A stretch of DNA of 24,030 nt from Dehalococcoidia bacterium (GTDB taxonomy: Bacteria > Chloroflexota > Dehalococcoidia > GIF9 > AB-539-J10): positions 1-24,030 of the forward strand of contig JAUUZT010000001.1 in assembly GCA_030589825.1 (NCBI GenBank), in the 5' to 3' direction. Positions 18,192 through 24,030 of the stretch are shown piece by piece. Within the stretch, counting starts at the first letter, position 1. Every line of letters starts with the position of its first letter. The position numbers and the translations under genes are program-made. The notes under the pieces are model-generated. The model saw only the letters and a program-made list of their open reading frames with translations. It had not been told where the DNA came from and made no database searches.

Positions 18192-19808
18192 GTGTTCAGT
18201 ATTAGTTTCGATAATGCTGAGCTGGATTCGGTTCTAACCAGCTTCGATAAAAGCAATCTGATTGGGCATATATGGCAGCAAGATCCTATTGTCTGGAAAT
18301 CTGCTCCAGATGGAATCGTCAATCGTTTAGGCTGGCTTACAGTCGCTGAACATATGTATGAGAAGATATCTTCTTTGTACTCTTTTGTTCAAGATATTCG
18401 TAGTAGAGGTTTCCATACCGTAGTTCTACTAGGCATGGGAGGCAGTAGTCTGGGAGCAGAAGTGTTGCGACAGATATTCGGTACTTCTATGGAATATCTC
18501 AAGCTCATCGTGTTAGATTCCACGGTACCAGCGGAAGTGATTGCAGTAGCAGAGACAATAGATCTCGAACATACCTTATTTCTGGTTTCCTCTAAGTCGG
18601 GCAGTACTACTGAACCTCTAGTACTGTATCAATATTTCAAGGGACTGCTGAATTCTATTAGTGGACAACATGAAGCAGGACGGAATTTCGTGGCAATAAC
18701 TGATCCGGGGTCTCCTTTAGCACTAATGGCCGAGGAACAGCAGTTTCTATATACATTTCTGAACAACCCTGATCTGGGAGGACGTTATTCTGTTCTGTCT
18801 TATTATGGTTTGGTTCCTGCAGCGTTGATCGGGGTGGATATGGAGACGTTTCTCGATCGAGCGAAGAATATGCAGTATGAATGTAGACCCGGTATACAAG
18901 CTAATAGAAATCCTGGTGTCTGGCTTGGAACTGTTATTGGTACCATGGCTTTAAGAGGAAGGGATAAATTGACTCTTATCACGTCTCCGAGTATCAGCGG
19001 ATTTGGACTATGGATAGAGCAACTTATTGCCGAAAGTACAGGCAAGGAAGGCAAAGGAATAATACCAGTTGTTTCAGAGCCACTGGTGAATCCGAAGTAC
19101 TACGGGGATGACCGATTGTTTATTCACTTGCGTATGGAGGATGATGATAATTTCATAGTTGAGGAGGCTGTTAACCGGATAAAGTCTTCAGGGCAACCAA
19201 TAGTGACCTTAAAGGTGCGGGATAAATATGATTTTGGGGCAGAGTTCTTCCGTTGGGAATTTGCTACTGCTATTGTTGGGGCGATACTTAATGTAAATCC
19301 ATTTAACCAGCCCGATGTACAGAAAAGTAAAGAGTTGACGGAGCATATTTTGGAAGAATATAGCAATACAGGACGCCTTCCACAAACGAGTTCGGCTGCT
19401 TCTGTAGCGGAGTTACTTGCTGAAGTAGAAGAGGGCAGTTATTTTGCTATTATGGCTTATATTCGCCAGACGGCTGAAGTCGATGAGGCTTTCTTAGGTT
19501 TAAGACGCAAGATAATACAACAATATTGTATTGCTACCACACTCGGTTATGGCCCACGATTCTTGCACTCTACAGGGCAACTGCATAAAGGAGGCCCAGA
19601 CAAGGGCCTGTTTTTACAGCTTACTACGGAGTATAAAAAGGATTTACCTATTCCTGGCAAACCGTATACTTTTGGAATAGTAGTAAATGCTCAAGCTACG
19701 GGGGATTTTCAGGCACTATGTGCATCAGGGAGACGTGTTGCCAGTGTTCATTTAAAACAACAAACCAATTCTGGAATAAAACAATTGACTAATGATTTGT
19801 TGTTATAG
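18192..19808 (+). CDS. pgi: Glucose-6-phosphate isomerase, Tal-Pgi-fusion-like PGI domain (start uncertain: GTG 18192 or 18159)
   Basis: NRLGWL, GMGGSSLG, SSKSGSTTE, GGRYSVLS, EQLIAESTGK, NPFNQPDVQKSK, GPRFLHSTGQLHKGG. Confidence 0.92.
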   Translation: MFSISFDNAELDSVLTSFDKSNLIGHIWQQDPIVWKSAPDGIVNRLGWLTVAEHMYEKISSLYSFVQDIRSRGFHTVVLLGMGGSSLGAEVLRQIFGTSMEYLKLIVLDSTVPAEVIAVAETIDLEHTLFLVSSKSGSTTEPLVLYQYFKGLLNSISGQHEAGRNFVAITDPGSPLALMAEEQQFLYTFLNNPDLGGRYSVLSYYGLVPAALIGVDMETFLDRAKNMQYECRPGIQANRNPGVWLGTVIGTMALRGRDKLTLITSPSISGFGLWIEQLIAESTGKEGKGIIPVVSEPLVNPKYYGDDRLFIHLRMEDDDNFIVEEAVNRIKSSGQPIVTLKVRDKYDFGAEFFRWEFATAIVGAILNVNPFNQPDVQKSKELTEHILEEYSNTGRLPQTSSAASVAELLAEVEEGSYFAIMAYIRQTAEVDEAFLGLRRKIIQQYCIATTLGYGPRFLHSTGQLHKGGPDKGLFLQLTTEYKKDLPIPGKPYTFGIVVNAQATGDFQALCASGRRVASVHLKQQTNSGIKQLTNDLLL

Positions 19809-19853
19809 CACAACATAACAACTTTAAGGCTTGTTATCCCGGTTATTTCAGTT

Positions 19854-20564
19854 TCACTCTAGTAGTGTTATATGTGTCTCTCTGGCTACTACGGTTTTGC
19901 TAATTCTGGTAGCTAGGTAGATAAAAGGAGTATCCATAACAGCGATGAACCATTTCAAGAGGTAAGTCGTTGCCAGTATCTGTAACCACACGTTAATATC
20001 AAATAGACCCCATAAGGCGATAAAGCAGAAGATGAGGCTGTCAATCGCTTGGGATACCATAGTGGACGCACAATTTCTTAGCCAGAGAAATCTACCTTTT
20101 GTTTTGTTTTTCCAGAAATGAAAAGCGAAAATATCGTGGTGCTGTGATATGATGTAAGCAATCATACTCCCTGCTGCAATTCTTGGCATAGGTTCGAATA
20201 TTATCGATAGAGAGCTTTGAGAAAAATCTGATATATCTGGAATGAACTTCAACCCGATTTGCATCCAAACAGTCATGAGTATCATACCGATAAAGCCAAG
20301 CCATACGGCTCTCCTGGCTGCTTTTTTACCATAGATCTCACTTAATACATCTGTAGTAAAGAAGATACTACCGTAAAGAACATTACCCAGTGTTGCTACA
20401 GAACCGAATAGTTGAACTGTCTTAAGTACTTGGATGTTTGCGGTAATGACCGAGGCTACAATGATGGCATAGAGCCCAAATTTCCCAAAGAAACGATAGA
20501 TAATTAGAGCAAGACTTAAGTCGACGATGATGAAGACAATCCAGAGTAAATTGTTGAATAACAT
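19854..20564 (-). CDS. yhhQ: Queuosine precursor transporter (YhhQ/QPTR, DUF165)
   Basis: Multi-TM protein with ANIQVLK, TTDVLSEIYGK, PRIAAGSMIAYIISQHHD, LWLRN..STMVSQAIDS, DTPFIY; co-oriented directly after tgt. Confidence 0.92.
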   Translation of the reverse strand: MLFNNLLWIVFIIVDLSLALIIYRFFGKFGLYAIIVASVITANIQVLKTVQLFGSVATLGNVLYGSIFFTTDVLSEIYGKKAARRAVWLGFIGMILMTVWMQIGLKFIPDISDFSQSSLSIIFEPMPRIAAGSMIAYIISQHHDIFAFHFWKNKTKGRFLWLRNCASTMVSQAIDSLIFCFIALWGLFDINVWLQILATTYLLKWFIAVMDTPFIYLATRISKTVVARETHITLLE

Positions 20565-20611
20565 TACTTATTCCTTCTCAACTGTTTGTTAGTTTAATAG
20601 CCACTCTTCAA

Positions 20612-21790
20612 TCATTTACCCATCTCGCTAATATTTTGTGAAGCTAACCATTTTTCCTTTTGAGACATTCTTAGCTTTTCATCGGTTCCTTTATAATTGG
20701 CCAGAAAATCTTTCTTAAATGAACTGAATGTGGTATTTACAATACTATCTTTTATCTTATTCATTAGAGTGTTCATGAAGGTAAGATTATGGATAGTCGC
20801 TAATCTGTATGCCAGAAGTTCTTTACATCTGAACAGATGATGTAAATATGCTGCAGAGAAGTTACGGCACGTATAACAGTTGCAGTTGGGGTCAAAAGGG
20901 TCTTCCATTTTGCTATAGTATGACTTTCGAATATTGAATCTTCCTTGCCAGGTATAAAGTGCGCCGTTTCGAGCTACTCTAGTAGGCAGAACACTATCGA
21001 ACATGTCTATTCCCATGTCTACTGCATGGACTATATCTTCAGGAGAGCCTACTCCCATCAGATACCTTGGTTTGTTTTCAGGAAGCAGGTCAGTGGTTTT
21101 GCTAACTATCGTTTGAGTTATAGCCTTTGGTTCGCCCAGACTTAGCCCTCCAATGGCATATCCATCGAACTCCATTGAAGCAAGATGAGTTGCTGATTGT
21201 TGGCGCAATTCGGTAAAAGTACCACCCTGTACAATAGCAAATAATTTCTGGTCATTGCGTCTCTGGGCTTGTTGACATCTGTTTGCCCATCTATGTGTCC
21301 TGTGCATAGCTTGCTCAACTTTTTTAAAACTATCCTTGAATGAGGGACATTCATCTAGAACCATAATCACGTCTGCACCAATTGATTCCTGGATAGTTAT
21401 GGCTGATTCAGGTGTAATAAGGTGTTGACTTCCATCAATATGGGATAGAAAAGTTACTCCTTCATCGTTTACCTTACGTAAACGAGCCAAGCTGAATATC
21501 TGGTAGCCACCACTGTCAGTAAGCGTGGCTCCGTTCCATCCCATGAAATGGTGTAATCCTCCCATTCTTTGAATTTGCTCTGTCCCTGGTCTAAGATAAA
21601 GATGATAGGCATTAGCTAGTATCATCTTTATCTCTATATCTTGTAGTTCTTGGGGGGTCAGGGTTTTAACTGTTGCCTGAGTGCCCACGGGCATAAATAC
21701 TGGGGTGGATACTAATCCATGATCTGTGTACAGTTCACCAACGCGAGCGCATGTGTCAGGGCAAGTTGCTATAAGATGGAAACCAGTCAT
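20612..21790 (-). CDS. tgt: tRNA-guanine transglycosylase
   Basis: TPVFMPVGT, NAYHLYLRPG, TDSGGYQIFSL, DECP, VQGG, GGLSLGE, PRYLMGVG, DMFDSVLPTR, zinc site CNCYTC..H. Confidence 0.97.
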   Translation of the reverse strand: MTGFHLIATCPDTCARVGELYTDHGLVSTPVFMPVGTQATVKTLTPQELQDIEIKMILANAYHLYLRPGTEQIQRMGGLHHFMGWNGATLTDSGGYQIFSLARLRKVNDEGVTFLSHIDGSQHLITPESAITIQESIGADVIMVLDECPSFKDSFKKVEQAMHRTHRWANRCQQAQRRNDQKLFAIVQGGTFTELRQQSATHLASMEFDGYAIGGLSLGEPKAITQTIVSKTTDLLPENKPRYLMGVGSPEDIVHAVDMGIDMFDSVLPTRVARNGALYTWQGRFNIRKSYYSKMEDPFDPNCNCYTCRNFSAAYLHHLFRCKELLAYRLATIHNLTFMNTLMNKIKDSIVNTTFSSFKKDFLANYKGTDEKLRMSQKEKWLASQNISEMGK

Positions 21791-21807
21791 TTTGTGAATA
21801 ATTTCTT

Positions 21808-21839
21808 CTCCTTGTTTTGTTCTATTGTAACTTAATCAG
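21808..21839 (-). ncRNA. Degenerate preQ1-I riboswitch-like element in the tgt-yhhQ leader (tentative)
   Basis: CUGAU-UAAGUUAC-AAUAG-AACAAAACAAG-GAG. The 11-nt tail is identical to my recollection of the T. tengcongensis aptamer tail and runs into an SD. P1 is weak (one A-A mismatch) and has U-A instead of the conserved top G-C pair. Confidence 0.27.
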
Positions 21840-21882
21840 TTTGGTTCTCGTTATCTTGGTTACCAGTATTTGTTAATTTCAT
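21832..21882 (-). CDS. Possible 16-aa leader peptide MKLTNTGNQDNENQTD upstream of tgt
   Basis: ATG 21882 to TAA 21832 in frame; 6 of 16 codons are Asn/Asp. No SD is visible, so translation is unproven. Confidence 0.2.
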   Translation of the reverse strand: MKLTNTGNQDNENQTD

Positions 21883-22046
21883 GAAATTTGCGCTGCTATC
21901 AAATTTAGACTATTGATACCTAGCTCTTGTTCTTTACTAAATACCTGATATCTTCCCCCTGAGAGATTTATTCATCCTGTGGAGTTTTCATAGGTATGAC
22001 TTATATATTAATAGAACTTATCTTCTCTTGATTGGTTTCGAGTTGG

Positions 22047-23210
22047 CTAGTTTATTTCAGGTTTTTGTCTTCTGATATTGGCTATTAAAGAACCCAAGCC
22101 AAATAGCACTACAGCCAGTCCGATAAAAAATCCAAGATGAGGGATAAGGCTTAAAAGTTTTAGTATTATTAGGCCTGTAGCTAGAGCTCCAATCATGATA
22201 CCTCTATTATCTTCTACGTCTCTGAAATGGCTAATAATCCATCGTCCTAAGAATAATCCAACGGGGATTTGAGCAAGGTAAATTGAAATACCCCAGAGAG
22301 CTAGAGTGATTAGTCCAACAGGGAGTCCAATGATAGTGATGCATATTACCACGGCGGCTATAGGGGTGGCGAACAACAAAAGAGCTCCCCAGCCGGCACT
22401 TGGTCCTGGGCTGGAGCTTATTGACTCAGCAATAGAGGCTAATTGCTTTGGTGCAATTAGAATTATTAATAATCCTGCGAGCAGAGCCATTAAGAATCCA
22501 ATGAGTTTTGTTTTTATACTAGATAATAGAGTGAGGAAAAATGATTCAGATTGATCTTCCTTCGCCTCAGATAACTTGTGGGTAGTAATACCATTTATCT
22601 GAGCGCCACTCTGGACTACGGCTCGATTCTCTCCTGTATATGTCAGATTGCCTCTGATATTTGCAGTTGATAGAATGGTCAGTTCACTGACTTCAAGAAT
22701 AATATCTCCACCTACCTTATTCCCTATGGTGATATCTCCACCTCCTTCTTTGATGTCACCATCTACTATCCCGTTGATGAGTATTACTTCACCTCCAAAA
22801 AGGAGGTCACCTTTGATGTGGGCATTGTCTGCTATAGTGATTTTGTTACCAGCGACCAATAAGTCACCTGCAATATCACCGCTTATATTTATAGTTTCTC
22901 CTGCAACCCGCACAGTATGGCCAATATCGCCGGAGATATTTATTGTTTGAGCTATGGCCATAACGCTGTTATCAACCAGTCCTCCAATTGAGATAGTTCT
23001 TGCAGCAGCCCAGACATCACCATTAATAGTACCATCAATGGTAATGACATTAGCGCCTGCATATAGATCATCATTGGTTATTTCTTTTTCAGGGATGTTG
23101 ATTGTATCGTCACTTCGTGCATCGAATGCCAGGACCGTGGTGGCGGAAAACAAAATTAATGAAGTGGTTATTAGAATGATAGTCAGTATATTTAGAAAAT
23201 GTTTCATCAT
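22047..23210 (-). CDS. Membrane protein with a bactofilin-like (polymer-forming cytoskeletal) beta-helix repeat and a C-terminal multi-TM domain
   Basis: Hydrophobic N-terminal signal/anchor, ~15-17 aa repeats (IxGxIxGDVxxAAxTIxI), then four or more hydrophobic helices; SD GGAGGT. Confidence 0.8.
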   Translation of the reverse strand: MMKHFLNILTIILITTSLILFSATTVLAFDARSDDTINIPEKEITNDDLYAGANVITIDGTINGDVWAAARTISIGGLVDNSVMAIAQTINISGDIGHTVRVAGETINISGDIAGDLLVAGNKITIADNAHIKGDLLFGGEVILINGIVDGDIKEGGGDITIGNKVGGDIILEVSELTILSTANIRGNLTYTGENRAVVQSGAQINGITTHKLSEAKEDQSESFFLTLLSSIKTKLIGFLMALLAGLLIILIAPKQLASIAESISSSPGPSAGWGALLLFATPIAAVVICITIIGLPVGLITLALWGISIYLAQIPVGLFLGRWIISHFRDVEDNRGIMIGALATGLIILKLLSLIPHLGFFIGLAVVLFGLGSLIANIRRQKPEIN

Positions 23211-23401
23211 AATATCTCATAACCTCCTTCAATTACCATGTTTATCCAGGCGAGGTTAAGCCTGTTGTTTCTGCTCCAGCGGTGGATTAGATTGTTACTG
23301 TGCTTAAGTAAGAATAACCTCGCTTTTTGCCTCAAATAACTGCGTTTGGTTTTAATCCTTTTAGGGAAGGCTGTTTCTGTTTCAATGTTTAATTTAGACA
23401 T
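23207..23401 (-). CDS. Hypothetical 64-aa basic ORF (doubtful)
   Basis: Its stop overlaps the next start (ATGA); 13 K/R residues; no SD and no recognisable family. Confidence 0.22.
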   Translation of the reverse strand: MSKLNIETETAFPKRIKTKRSYLRQKARLFLLKHSNNLIHRWSRNNRLNLAWINMVIEGGYEIL

Positions 23402-23601
23402 ATTTTTTCATCGTATTCACTTAGGTAAAATAATAATGGACAGACTATTCTTACTACTATCTCGATTATATCAGAAATAATGCATATATCGTATGAAATA
23501 TGAGAACTACTGACTGATATCATTTGACTAATGTTTGTATATCTTTAAAACCTTTAGTTATCTGTAATTAGCTAATACTTTTTAGGTGCCTGTGTTATTC
23601 C

Positions 23602-23629
23602 TTGTTACTTATTTGTACCATGTTATACT
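23602..23629 (+). promoter_or_regulatory. Promoter for ligA
   Basis: TTGTTA (23602-23607), 16 nt, TGt-TATACT (23621-23629). Confidence 0.55.
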
Positions 23630-23665
23630 TCTAAACAGGTAGTAATAAACAGGGAAGAACTAAAT

Positions 23666-24030
23666 ATGGAAGATATTGGTAAAGCAAAACAACAGGTTTT
23701 ATCCTTACGTAAGCAAATTAATCATCATAACTATTGCTACTATGTATTAGATAGCCCCGAGTTAAGTGATAGTGAATATGATGAAATGATGCTACAACTC
23801 AGACAGTTTGAGGCTAAATATCCCGAACTTATTACTTCTGACTCGCCAACACAAAGAGTGGGAGCCCCGCCAGTGGAGGCTTTTGGGCTTGTGGAACATT
23901 ATCAACCTTTGCTAAGCCTGGCCAATGCCTTTGCGTATGACGATTTGAAGGCATGGTATAAACGAACTGTCAATTTACTTGGAGTAGATAATTTTAGCCT
24001 TGTTTGTGAACCTAAGATAGATGGGCTGGC
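23666..24030 (+). CDS. ligA: NAD-dependent DNA ligase, 5' part (runs off the window; absent from the ORF track)
   Basis: Manual translation: MEDIGKAKQQVLSLRKQINHHNYCYYVLDSPELSDSEYD...YPELITSDSPTQRVG...PLLSLANAF...CEPKIDGL, with the adenylation motif KIDG. Confidence 0.97.
   Translation, partial: MEDIGKAKQQVLSLRKQINHHNYCYYVLDSPELSDSEYDEMMLQLRQFEAKYPELITSDSPTQRVGAPPVEAFGLVEHYQPLLSLANAFAYDDLKAWYKRTVNLLGVDNFSLVCEPKIDGL

Noticed and set aside
18175-18194. RF2-style programmed +1 frameshift at the tal stop (AAT TGA A)
   Set aside because: No CTT-TGA-C slippery site, AAU-to-AUU re-pairing is poor, and there is no correctly spaced strong SD.
19815-19837. Hairpin ATAACAA..TTGTTAT between convergent pgi and yhhQ as a terminator
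   Set aside because: AU-rich 7-bp stem without a U-tract; too weak to call.
816-21354. Short ORF-track entries nested in or antisense to long genes (e.g. 959..1180, 6952..7443, 8882..9184, 9278..9649, 12246..12587, 13409..13756, 17896..18174, 20092..20304)
   Set aside because: They lie wholly or largely over well-supported genes and show no recognisable motifs; treated as shadow ORFs.
21792-21809. Rex-like site TTGTGAA-taat-TTCttct at the tgt start
   Set aside because: The right half-site matches only 3 of 7 positions, and there is no redox rationale.
23110-23220. Out-of-frame ORF MRYYDETFSKYTDYHSNNHF... rich in Q-decoded codons
   Set aside because: Its ATG is only 1 nt from the SD, and it is an alternative frame of an Ile/Leu-rich signal sequence. 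It shows that NAY-rich ORFs arise by chance, which lowers confidence in the tgt uORF.

Overview
A 24 kb bacterial chromosomal window of mostly housekeeping genes. It is probably from Chloroflexota/Dehalococcoidia, inferred mainly from my recollection of the SerS motif [20 protein letters not shown] as Chloroflexota-like; this was not tested by search. Gene order: serS (partial) <- lysS <- DUF2007; pcrA -> mutL -> tRNA nucleotidyltransferase -> secD -> secF; HDAC-family <- orphan radical SAM <- nnr; tkt -> tal -> pgi; yhhQ <- tgt <- beta-helix membrane protein; ligA (partial) ->. I found no rRNA, tRNA, CRISPR array or mobile element. Best leads: (1) the leader of the tgt-yhhQ queuosine-salvage operon holds a degenerate preQ1-I-like element, overlapped by an Asn/Asp-rich uORF and a 14-bp palindrome; (2) SecF has Asn in place of the conserved proton-relay Asp; (3) the nucleotidyltransferase has the loop deletion typical of CC-only enzymes; (4) a 22-bp palindrome fills the spacer of the mutL promoter; (5) the tal/pgi junction is one base away from a Tal-Pgi fusion. 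All calls come from reading the sequence by eye; no database searches were run.
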